Positions 1 through 10,867 of a stretch of DNA of 64,000 bases are shown piece after piece. The stretch is from Eledone cirrhosa (Eukaryota), in assembly GCA_964016885.1 (NCBI GenBank), contig OZ024761.1:17856001-17920000 (forward strand), in the 5' to 3' direction. Position 1 is the first letter of the stretch, and each line of letters opens with the position of its first letter. The position numbers and the translations under genes were made by a program. The notes beneath the pieces were generated by a model, which was not told the DNA's origin, did no database searches, and saw only the letters and a program-made list of their open reading frames with translations.

Positions 1-44
1 TAGCGAAGTATATTTTAATCAGTTGGCAAGACTAAAAGTTAATA

Positions 45-220
45 ATGATAATAATATATATATACATATATACGCATATAATTAAATACATACATGCATA
101 CATGTATGCATACATGCATACATACATGCACGCATGCATGCAAAATACATACATGCATACATGCATATATACATACATGCAAACATACATTCATACATAT
201 ATACATACATATATGCATGC

Positions 221-276
<56 letters not shown>

Positions 277-290
277 GTGTGCATGCACGA
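45..290. repeat. (TA)/(TACA)/(TG)n microsatellite block
   Basis: Direct inspection; the overlapping ORFs 39-389 are repeat artefacts. Confidence 0.95.
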
Positions 291-411
291 AAGTGTGTTA
301 ACGAAGTAAAACTACTTATATTTGAGATAGAAAACTTTAGTCAGCAGCTGACGAGGTGGTGGGGTGGGAAGGTAGAGGAATATAGATGATGGAGAAAAAA
401 TATTAACCCAC

Positions 412-484
412 AGGTTCCGACGAGGATCGAACTCGCGACAGTCTGTGTGTGAAACAGACGTGATAACCACTACACCACGGAACC
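412..484 (-). tRNA. tRNA-Val(CAC)
   Basis: 73 nt cloverleaf GGTTCCG...CGGAACC+T; anticodon arm TCTGT-TTCACAC-ACAGA; A box TGGTGTAGTGG; T loop GTTCGATC; T6 terminator at 395-400. Confidence 0.93.
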
Positions 485-994
485 CACGATAAGACTCTCA
501 TATTTATAAGGATTTAATGCAAACCAAATAAGATATATGATATACGATCTAGATAGACATTCTGGCCCTTTAATAGTTCTGTTATTTAGAATTATTGTGA
601 AACGTAAATAAATCTCGGAAACTCGGATTGTGGAGAACATTCTCTCTATTTCCCTTCGACAGAAAACAAAATCGATATAATCAGCATAACCTAATAATAG
701 CACATTTTGCAATCGATCTAAACAATCATGATTACATAACATCATCGATAGTATATCTTGAAATGATGATTGTTGTTGTTGTTATTATGTTTTGAAACTT
801 ATTAACACATGAAGCATTAAATCATGTGTCTATGTTTCATCTTTAATATGTATTTGTTTTTGTGCCAATGAATTTGTGCGTACATATGTGTGCGTGAGTG
901 GGTGTGAGTGTTTACGCGCGTTAATTGAAAACGAAAGTGAAAGTAGAAAGACTTATCAAAACAAACAACGTAAAAATATTGCGATATTCTCACT

Positions 995-1312
995 TATTCA
1001 TTGTTGATATAACTAAAAATTGGTCAAACACACAGAAAAAGAAAGCAGTATTGGAAAGGACTATAAATTCCATGAATGAGTGGAAAAGGAGGGGAAGGGC
1101 AAGGATTATTAGATAAAGGAAAAAAGAAGGGGGAAGGGGAGAGGGTGACAGACACTACACCTGGAGCAGTGTTTCGGAACAGTGTTTCAGCTGTGACCCG
1201 CGGACAAAATGGCATAGGCATTTCCACAGACAATGACCAGCTACACCCGTTGCAACAGCCATCCCACCCCGCGGGATTCCTGCTCCAGCGGGCTGTTATC
1301 GATCCGATTTTG
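995..1312 (-). mobile_element. 3' fragment of CRE-like (RLE) non-LTR retrotransposon
   Basis: Minus frame reads ...QESRGVGWLLQRV*LVIVCGNAYAILS, matching the C-terminus ESREGAWLFQRIGLAITRCNVASVL of the 4309-5083 copy; followed by pyrimidine-rich 3' UTR; ends approximate. Confidence 0.6.
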
Positions 1313-1539
1313 TGAGAGCGAGTGAGTGGGATTGCGCGTATAACAGAATGGTTTCTTGTGCAAAAGCTATACATTCTAGAGTAGGTCTACGTCTGAAGTT
1401 GTGCTTATCATTCATATCCAGTTTACATTGACCATGGAAGTGGAGTCATGTAAATTCCATTTCCAGAAACGAATCTTGTCGGCTGTGACAGCCGATAATG
1501 GTGGAGTTGTATGTTATGAAGCAAAAAAAAAAATTCAAC

Positions 1540-1612
1540 AGGTTCCGACGAGGATCGAACTCGCGACATTCTGTGTGTGAAACAGACGTGATAACCACTA
1601 CACCACGGAACC
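1540..1612 (-). tRNA. tRNA-Val(CAC)
   Basis: Identical to 412-484 except one variable-loop base; T11 terminator at 1523-1533. Confidence 0.93.
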
Positions 1613-2499
1613 TTCGGAAACGGACCGGCATTTCAAAGGATATAAACGCAATCTGAGAATTGTGCAATCCTCAGCAATCTCCCCACCATTTTAACCCACC
1701 AAAAATCTCGAAAGTGATTGAGAGGTGACAGCCATCTTTCTGCCAAAGAAATTAAATCGGAAGAAAACCAGGATGGAATTGCTTTGCGAAAATATATCAT
1801 CTAGTTTTTTTAATTGTTTTTTTTTCATGCAGACTTTATATATGGAGGACAAAGTCGCGAATTGGCAGAGACGTTAGAACGTGGGATAGAGTGCTTTATG
1901 GAAGTCGTTCCGGCTCTCTGCTCTCTGAGTTTAAATACCGCCGAGGTCAACTTTCATCGATTCGAGGTCGATAAAAAAAAGTCCCAATCTAGTATTGCAG
2001 TCGATTCTTCCTCTATATCTCTTTTTCACTCCCATTCTCTCACTCTCTCTGTCTATCTCTGGAAGAAATCTACTATACTCAGACATGGGGAGGAGATTGG
2101 ACTCCGCCAGGTTTTAAAATGCCCAAGAAACGAAACGCCTTATGTCAATACAGCGCCCCTACGACTATATCAAGATTTACGGGACAATACATGCCATGCT
2201 AGGGGCGGTGGAAGCATTTCTGAATCGGAGAGGGGGGAGGGGGCAAATTTGGTCAATTTAGTTGTAGTGATTAGTTTATCCCATTGCACCCTAAAATGGT
2301 CAGAAAAGGCAATTTGAGTCCAAGCAAGTCATAATATATTTACAGCTTTCAATAATTATAAAATGATCATAGTAAAATAACCTATGAAATCTGTCTCTGA
2401 ATACCCATACTAACAATTGGCAAATAGTGATATATGGAGAAAAATTATGACATGACAAAAAAAATGTACTATGAAGGTTAACATAATATATAAGTGGCA

Positions 2500-3400
2500 T
2501 CCCAGACGGGAAGATGGTTGTACCGTCTGGCCTTTTGCCGTCCCCTCGGTCCAGCCCCACTGGCTCGAGCTGGGAGGGGAAGCCTGCAGCATCAAAGCCA
2601 TGCTTTATGACCTCGTTGAGGGCAGCGTGGCGTGGAAGGCGGGCGGCACTGTGGCGACAGGAAAGCGGGTGGAGGCCGAAAGAGTCCACGGTGGATCCAT
2701 AGTGACATTTATGTGACTCGCAGATCCAGAGGCCGAGCCTCAGGGAAATGCCGATGCGCAGGCTATCGCTATCCAGCTGCGTGCCAATGGAGAAGGAGGG
2801 AAAGGCATGGGGCCGGGCACCACTGTGGAGTTTGGAGGTCGCGTGCAAACTGGCAAGGCGGTGTTGGTCGAGCTGGCGCGTGAGCCTGTCTGAGCCCAGG
2901 CTTCACTGGATGACATCCCAAATGCTTTGGGGGGACTTGACGTCAGCAGGGGGAGAAGAAGGAGGGACGTCTACGGGGTTAACACGTCTCACAGGCGGCC
3001 TTACGAGCCGACTGGGATGATTGACGGCCACCCAGCACTCTTCCTGTTGAGGAACTGCTTCGCCATGCCGAAACTCCTCTATACCCTTCGCAGCGCTCCG
3101 TGCTACAGCCACGCATCTCTCCTCGCTGACCTCGATACTTGTATCCGAGCGGCAGCCGAGGAGATATGCAACGTCAGGTTTGACGACATTGGATAGCAAC
3201 AGGCCACTTTACCTGTCAGATATGGCGGCCTTGGCCGCCGTCCCCTATCTCGCTGGATTTGCCGGCGTTTCTTTCGTCAGTAACCTCATGCTGCGTCCTC
3301 GTCAGTAGGGCTCTCCAAAACACAATGGATCCCTCTGTGATCGGGGAACGTGAGCCGCCTGTGAGACGTGGGACCAGCTTCCTTCTCCCCCTGCTGACAT
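2500..3400. mobile_element. CRE-like non-LTR retrotransposon remnant with internal inversion
   Basis: Minus ~3010->2500: zinc knuckle (C..HKC..G..H.LSC..RH) and RLE start GDGKRPDG. Plus ~3010->3400: post-RT thumb region ALFLLRNCFAMPKLLYTLRS...QATLPVRYGGLG. Confidence 0.8.
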
Positions 3401-3479
3401 TAAATAATATGTTGGGAGTCAGTCGATTCGGATTGGGTTGGGTTGGAAAGTTTTGCAGCGTAGACGGCGCGCTAGTACC

Positions 3480-3615
3480 CGCCCACACAACATCGAACCC
3501 GAGTTGTATAGGTTCCAGTTCTTTGCCTCTTCCCCCATGTTCTGTGAAAGAAGAATTGCTGGGCGAGGGGCGGCGGGAGTGCAGGCAATGACTTCAGAAG
3601 AGTAGCAGCAAAAGT
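3480..3615 (-). mobile_element. possible Ty3/Gypsy gag C-terminal remnant
   Basis: With a 1-nt frameshift it reads FFHRTWG-EEAKNW, resembling the (C)YYHxxFGxxAxxC gag knuckle; short and degenerate. Confidence 0.3.
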
Positions 3616-4011
3616 CTGAAAAAAAAAAAAAAAAAAGACCCCCCCCCCGCACAAAAACGACGCGTAAGCTTCATATTCCCTTGACCACTCCCCGGCTCGA
3701 GCGTCAACGGACGGCCACCCACCCATCAGCTACGTTACTGTCTCCATTTGGCTATCTCTGCCTTGTTGAGTGAACGTCAACTACGGCACAATAGGTTTCG
3801 ATGCTTCCCGAGAATAACATGCTTACGGACGCTTCCCCAAGTGTAATGTGATTCCGATGGAAGACGTTTATATCCTTGGTCTGTAGCGTGAAAATCATTT
3901 TTGTTAGTTATTGGTTTTTGTGATTTGCGTTCATTGTGGTGTGGCAATGTGTTTGTTGAAGTAAACTTTTAGCTTGATGGGTATTATGTATGGCGGTGGA
4001 TTGGCAGTATC

Positions 4012-4180
4012 GGTAGAGGGTCGGACGCCATGCTTTCCAGCATAGTTACGTCCCTTTACGATCTGAGTTCAAATCCCGCTGAGGTTGACTTTGCCTTTCA
4101 TCCTTACGGGGTCGATAAAATAAAGTACCAGTAATGCACTGGGTAATTGCTGGCCTTGTGCCTAAAGTAGAAACAATTAT
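4012..4180 (+). mobile_element. tRNA-derived SINE family A (representative copy; about 20 copies in window)
   Basis: Consensus GGCGGTGGATTGGCAGTATCGGTAGAG...GAGTTCAAATCCCGCCGAGG..GCCTTTCATCCTTACGGGGTCGATAAAATAAAGTACCAG...GTAGAAACAATTATT. Other copies ~10160,10355,11750,11945,12140,27455,28450,29680,30015,30723,35855,38040,39165,39366,39650,40990,46510,48048,49831,54140,54760. Confidence 0.88.
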
Positions 4181-4308
4181 GTATAAAGTTGGTCTGTTCC
4201 ATATGAAGCGCGTTTGATGTACCGCTGTGAATGAACAATAAACCATGATCGCTACTTAAATAAATTTATGATGAAATAACCTGTTACAAGGCTATTGACG
4301 ATAAAACA

Positions 4309-5083
4309 AAACATCCCCTCAATCTTGGAACCATCTGGGTTCTCCAGAAGTGACGGCAAAAGACCTGACGGCCTTACCCTGTGCCCCTGGTCGCGAGGTA
4401 TGGGCCTTGTCTGGGACGTCACAGTTAGTTACTCTTTTGCTTCTTCCCACATCCTGGATGCTGCGGTTAGGGCGAGATCCACAGCTTCCGCAGCCGAACG
4501 CAGCAAGACCCTCCAATGCTGTGATCTGTCGGTCAACTACATTTTCCTGCCTGTGGCTTTCGAGACGTTTGGGGGAGTCGGGCTGCTGACTGCGAGTTTC
4601 CTCTCTTCATTGGCGGCTCGCCTAATAGAGGTAACTGGCGAATCTCGCGAGGGCGCTTGGTTGTTCCAGCGCATTGGCCTGGCCATCACCCGATGCAACG
4701 TTGCGAGCGTGCTGGCTTGCCTCAAAAATCATCAGATAGGTTGCCCAGTACTCCACGCGACGCTGCTGTCTTTTGCTCTGGTGGACGGCCACCCCTTCCT
4801 TTATATTTTCTTTAATATTGCAACATGAAAGGAATATATCCTTCTGAAAGAATCACGAGCAATTTGTAATGTTATTTAAGCATTTGTAATGTTATTTATG
4901 TATATATTTGAAACATTTTTTATGTTATTCTACTGTAAATTTATTTATATGCTTTGTATATATCATATGTGTTTATATTTCCACTCCCATTTGTAACGTT
5001 ATTTATACAACTGTGAATAAAGCAAAACGCCAATATTTTACTAATGTCAACAAACAAAAAACAAACAATAAACAAACAAATAA
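4309..5083 (+). mobile_element. 5'-truncated CRE-like retrotransposon with 23-bp TSD
   Basis: ORF 4295-4828 carries RLE motifs RPDG...WDVT...AAERSK...FLPVAFETFG; AT-rich 3' UTR; (AAAC)n tail; flanked by exact ACAAGGCTATTGACGATAAAACA at 4286-4308 and 5084-5106. Confidence 0.88.
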
Positions 5084-6144
5084 ACAAGGCTATTGACGAT
5101 AAAACAGGGGAAAGGGTGTGTTGTTGTGTATCGAGGGTGGGATACAAAAAGTTTAAAAGATGATATATACTATTGTGTATGGACTAACCTTTGTTGACGT
5201 GCCAATGGGAATAAAGCAAGCCGTCCCTTATTGATTTGGTTGGAGTGTCAGGTTAACGGCTACATCGCCCTGCTTGTTGGAACAGACTGAATGTGTAGCG
5301 TCTCTGAGAAACGAGAACAGAATGAAATTAAGAAACTGATTATTTTAAATAAACTCCAGTTGGCCACTTTCTTCAGACTTGCTGGAGCCAATGGTCCCTA
5401 AACAAAGGAAAATGTACATTTATGTTGCCAAGAGGTCAGTATGAGTGGTTGCCTTGATCTACATTGCCAACATGAGAACAAAAGTTCAAATTACTGCTGT
5501 TTAATTGACCCTCGGAAACAAGCTTTACTAACTCTGTTAGTAGACTGCGTTTGATTGACTTGTATCCGATCCTCTTCCTCTCGAAGAACTATTGCAGCAG
5601 ACAAATCTCGCTTCACCGAACTCGGAAAACTCCATACAGCGTGGTACAGAAGAGAAACACAACGTCCATTTTGACGACATCTGATATCAAAATGGCAAAG
5701 GCGTTACCGCGACACCGGTTACAACAGCCACCTCACCTCGCGGGCTACTGTTATTCCGATTTTACGAGGAAGGTCAGTTCTCCGGGGTTCGAGGACGCCT
5801 GAGGCCTCAACGGCGACCCGTTCAAAGAATAATCAGTCGTACAAAAAGCAGTCGTACAAGCCCCGGTATTTCCTTATCTTCCGGCCCTCTACATTGCGGG
5901 GCGCAGTACTGGGGTTTGTGGCCGAAGCGACAGGGAGCGAGAATGTGTCGCAGAATCCCCTCCATGTATAATTATTTCATTTATATCACTTGTGCAATTT
6001 CGCGAAATATGCAGGGCAAAATCCTGCATAACTATTTAACGTCTATCTACTTTTACAAACTTTGTGTCCACCCTAGATTAAGATAATAAAATATAACAAT
6101 TGGTCATATAGAAAACTATTTTTAAAATACAAAAAGCATCTCGT

Positions 6145-6217
6145 AGGTTCCAGCGAGTTTCGAACTCACGACCTTCTGCGTGTTAAGCAGATGTGATAAC
6201 CACTACACCATGGAACC
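6145..6217 (-). tRNA. tRNA-Val(AAC)
   Basis: 73 nt; GGTTCCA...TGGAACC+T; anticodon arm TCTGC-TTAACAC-GCAGA; T5 terminator at 6131-6135. Confidence 0.93.
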
Positions 6218-6851
6218 TTGACGCACAAATAGAGTAAATTTATACTGTATATTATTTCAATTATTGCTTTATTTGTGTGTATGTATAGACTTGTTAATAC
6301 CTGTTGCAGGAGTAGGTGCGCCGGAGTAACATACACCGTGTCTTATGCATTTTAAACTTGGCGGATCCCATCCCCTCGCCAGGTACGATCACATTCGGTT
6401 TCTTCCAGAGAGAAAATGAATGAGATAGGATGAAAGCAAAGTTGATCTCTTTGGGTTTTGAATGAATATCGCAAGCATTTTATCCATTGTTCTAACAACT
6501 CTGCGAATTCACAGTCTACATACTTATAGTTGATGATTTACAAAATATAAAAATCAATAAATGACACAAAAATGTGGTTATGATTTGCAAAAGGGGCATA
6601 AAAAAAGATTAGTACGTCAAATGTCGATGTCGTGCTCTAAAATATTTTGAAATAATTCACGGGTTCCAAATCATACTGGGTGGGGAAAGTTGGACTTTTG
6701 CTTACAATTTTATAAGCGGGGAAAGTTGGACTTTTGCTTACAATTTTATAAGCGGAGTTTGGGGGGAGGGTCGGTACTTGTCTAGTGTACGATCGTAAAT
6801 ATGGGATTTCTCTTAATATTCTTTTTTTTTTTTAGTCATATATAATGTTTT

Positions 6852-7615
6852 TTGGCATAGGTTAAGAATAACGTCCTCGAAATTGAAACTAGGTTTTCTG
6901 ACAAGTGAATGTGTTTGTTTTTTTTTTTTACAATGAAATTTACGATACACTCTTTGTTTATTTACAACAGGTCTCTATAGTGATATGGTGTTAATTAGTA
7001 TTGCGTGTGTGATTATTTTCTCTTATATATATATATATATATATGTGTGGGTGTGTATATGTGTGTATATATATGTGTCTGTATGTATATATATATGTGT
7101 GTTTGTATATATATGTGTGTTTGTGTCATCATCATCGTTTAGATGTTTTTACCCAAATCCCTTATCATTCTCTGTCCTTCTTATGACCCGGCCTTAATTT
7201 GTTTATAGTTGGTGCCAACTTTGGCAAGATATTACAAAAACATCTAAACGATGATGATGACACAAACACATATATACAAACACACATATATATGGCATAG
7301 GTTAAGAATAACGTCCTCGAAATTGAAACTAGGTTTTCTGACAAGTGAATGTGTTTTTTTTTTTTTTTACAATGAAATTTACGATACACTCTTTGTTTAT
7401 TTACAACAGGTCTCTATAGTGATATGGTGTTAATTAGTATTGCGTGTGTGATTATTTTCTCTTATATATATATATATATATGTGTGGGTGTGTATATGTG
7501 TGTATATATATATGTGTCTGTATGTATATATATATGTGCGTTTGTATATATGTGTTTGTGTCATCATCATCGTTTAGATGTTTTTGTAATATCTTGCCAA
7601 AGTTGGCACCAACTA
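6852..7615. repeat. local duplication: ~300-bp direct repeat (6852-7150 / 7282-7583) plus inverted copy (7205-7280) of 7545-7615
   Basis: Near-identical text visible at both positions; ORFs 6985 and 7424 start identically. Confidence 0.85.
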
Positions 7616-8055
7616 TTTTAATGTAAAATAAAATAATTATTGGATTCTCCAGCTCCTGTATCAATATAAATCACTTACAATAAAATTTCGTCGGAGATAG
7701 ATTAACAAAATTTAATAAGAATGTTAGGTGGGGTGGGGAATAAAAGCGGGTGGAAGGTGGGGCGATAATTCAAGACCTGAGAGTACGGCATTACAACGGG
7801 TGAGAGGGTACTATCAGCAAGGGAGGTAATCACTGAGAAAAGGAACACGGTAACTCTAATGCTAGGCTTGCAAACATCAGCAAAATAAAAAATATAGTTC
7901 AAATGCACTTGAAAAATAGTAATACTTGATTCAATATTTGTGTATAAGTATAAGAAAGGCGTAAATTTAAACAAAAATATACAATAAAATGTAATGAGAT
8001 GATAATTATATTAAACAATTATATATAGAGTAAATTTACACTGTTTCGTCATCAA

Positions 8056-8128
8056 GGTTCCATGGTGTAGTGGTTATCACATCTGCTTAACACGCAGAAG
8101 GTCGTGAGTTCGAAACTCGCTGGAACCT
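8056..8128 (+). tRNA. tRNA-Val(AAC)
   Basis: Identical to the reverse complement of 6145-6217; long T run at 8131-8148. Confidence 0.93.
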
Positions 8129-9121
8129 ACTTTTTTTTTTTTTTTTTTGTCCTCTTCTTAAATATCTATTTTTATTTGTCACAGACAGAATAATTGACAT
8201 TCCATTTCGCTGTGTTCTTTATACAACCATGTAAGAAAAAAAAAAACCCAATAACTCACCATATACACATGTACATATGCGCTCACATAACATGTAGAGA
8301 CACAAACTGGGGCCATTTACATATTCAAATTAGGGGGCGCACAGGACAAAGACAACCTCTTAAAATCACTACGGTTTTGGAAATTAAGGTTAATACTATT
8401 CATTCATGTGTCTGTTGTGTGCGTGCGCTTGTGTATAGGTATATGTGTTGAGAGGACCCTTCAGTCATAACACAACTTATTGAGTACTGCTGTCCCAAAA
8501 AACACCCAGTACAGTTAGTTGTTGGTAATAGGAAGAGCATCCAGCTGTAGAAACCATGCCAAAAATAGTATTAAGAAGGCTCTTCACTTGTGTCAACCTC
8601 CCCAGTGCTGGTACCATCTTTACTTGTGTCAAGAGCCTGACAACCTCCCCAGTGCTGGTACCATAATAAAAATGCACTGAATACACAGGAAGGGCATCCA
8701 GCTATAGAAACATTTCCAAAACATCTCTTCAATTATATCAAAGACATGACCACTTTCCTAGTGCTGGTGCCATAAAATGCACCTGATTCAATGTAGAGTG
8801 CGGGGGTGGAGAAGAAGCAAGGACGCCAGAGGTCTTGATGGCGACCAGTTCAAAGAGGAAGCAGTTGGTTAGGCCCTGGCATTTAACTATATTCCTTTCC
8901 TCCACATTGCAGGCAGCGTAGCCTTGGTTTGTGATAATTATAGTCCTACACTGTAAATGTGGTTGGCGTTAGGAAGGGCACCCAGCTGTAAAATACCCAG
9001 CCAAATCTATAGTCCTCGCTGGAGCAAGGTGTGATATGCTCAACCCTGGCCAGACAGGCTTCCAGACATGGATGACCCATCTAACCCATGCAAGCATGGA
9101 AGAATTGACGCTAATGCAACA

Positions 9122-10030
9122 ACTCAAGTTGGCTGTGGACAAGTGCACCACCATGCATTTTGGGAGTAAAAACCCAGCGTCCACATACTCCCTCCACAGC
9201 ACTAATATCAAGAAGTCTTCTTGTGAACGTGACCTGGGCATTACAGTCAGCAGCAATTTGAGTTGGACGAAGCACGTCTCTAAAATTGTCATGAGGGCTG
9301 AGGGTGCCTTAGCATCACTCAACAACCTTTGTCAGCCGCTCTCCAGCTATCTATTTAAGGCTGTACATGGCTATGGTGCGGCCACACTTAGAATTTGCAT
9401 CACCAGTCTGGAACCCCTATCTTGCTCAGAACATTGACCGCCTGGAAACTGTTCAGAGACGTGCAACCAAGCGAATACCCTCCATCAGGCATCTACCATA
9501 CTCTGAACGCCTTGCTTCCCTGGGCATGGATACATTGAAGCTCCGACGCCTGGCAACTGACTTGGTAAACACCCACAAAATTGTTAACCATCTTGCCAAC
9601 AACAACCCTGAGTACCTTTTTGATTTCCATGTGTCTAATACACGTGGGCATGCCCACAAAGTCAGAAAACAGCACAGTTCCCATGACTTTCGGAAACATT
9701 TTTTCACGCTCAGAGTTGCTGAAGCATGGAACAAACTGCTTGCGTCTGTTGTTAGCTGTCGAGACACTGCATCCTTTAAAACCTCCATGGAACAAACTAC
9801 CTGCATCAGTTGTTAGCTGTCGAGACACTGCATCCTTTAAAACCTCCATGCTTCCCGAGATTCGCCAACACTACACCTAATGTTCCCCCTCCATACACAT
9901 ACACACATGTATATTATGACTCATACACTATTCACTTCCCTGACGTTTGTATATTATTCTATGTACTATACATACACCTTTGACGAGTTGTAGTGCACCT
10001 GGGCGCTTTACACAATAATTTCATTATTAT
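9122..10030 (+). mobile_element. 5'-truncated CR1-type LINE (same family as 33657-34997)
   Basis: ERDLGITVS...VRPHLEFASPVWNPY...LETVQRRATK...RVAEAWNKL; frameshift near 9325; 61-bp internal tandem duplication 9725-9846; (ATT)n tail. Confidence 0.88.
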
Positions 10031-10834
10031 AAGCGGAAATGATGGTGATGAGATGTGTCTTCTGGCTCATCTGAGAAGTCAGTAGCCCCGACTGAATATT
10101 GATCTGGTCTGTGATGACCACTGCAACACAAGCTAGTAGGGTAGAAGACATTCAATGATAATTGTTTCTACAGGCACAAGGCCAGCAATTACCCAGTGTA
10201 TTACTGGTACTTTATTTTATCGACCCCCGTAAGGATGAAAGGCAAAGTTAACCTCGGCGGGAATTGAACTCAGAATGGCAAGGGCCGTAACTCTATGCGT
10301 CAAAGCATAGCGTCTGACCCTCTACCGATACTGCCTATCCACCGACATTCAATGATAATTGTTTCTACTTTTGGCACAAGGCCAGCAACTACCCAGTACA
10401 TTACTGGTACTTTATTTTATCGACCCCGTAAGGATGAAAGGCAAAGTTAACCTCGGCGGGATTTGAACTCAGATCGTAAAGGGACGTAACTATGCTGGAA
10501 AGCATGGCGTCCGACTCTCTACTGATACTGCCAATCCACCGACATTCAATGATAATGATGTATAAACAAGAAATAAAAAAAATATCTTCTCAACCCCCAA
10601 CCCTGCAATTGTCACAGCAAGAATACAATCAACAAACAAAAAATCTGTCAAGAAATAAATTTTATTTTCATATGAAAAAAAAAATGTAATAATAATATTT
10701 ATCAATGAATGAAAAAATACAAAACAACATTTCCTTCTAATATAGAAAAACAAAACCAAAAAAGAAACATTTGAAATTTTCAAAATGAAACCATTTTATA
10801 TATACATACATATATATCTATACATATATACATT

Positions 10835-10867
<33 letters not shown>

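Noticed and set aside
39-389. ORFs rich in YI/HT/CV (also 10785, 50314-51610, 54987-55280, 62335-63997)
   Set aside because: Translations of (TA)/(CA)/(TACA) microsatellites
5330-5960. Possible Gypsy integrase tail with PPT and LTR start
   Set aside because: Only vague similarity (PYSVVQKR; purine tract before TGT), no second LTR seen, so it cannot be supported
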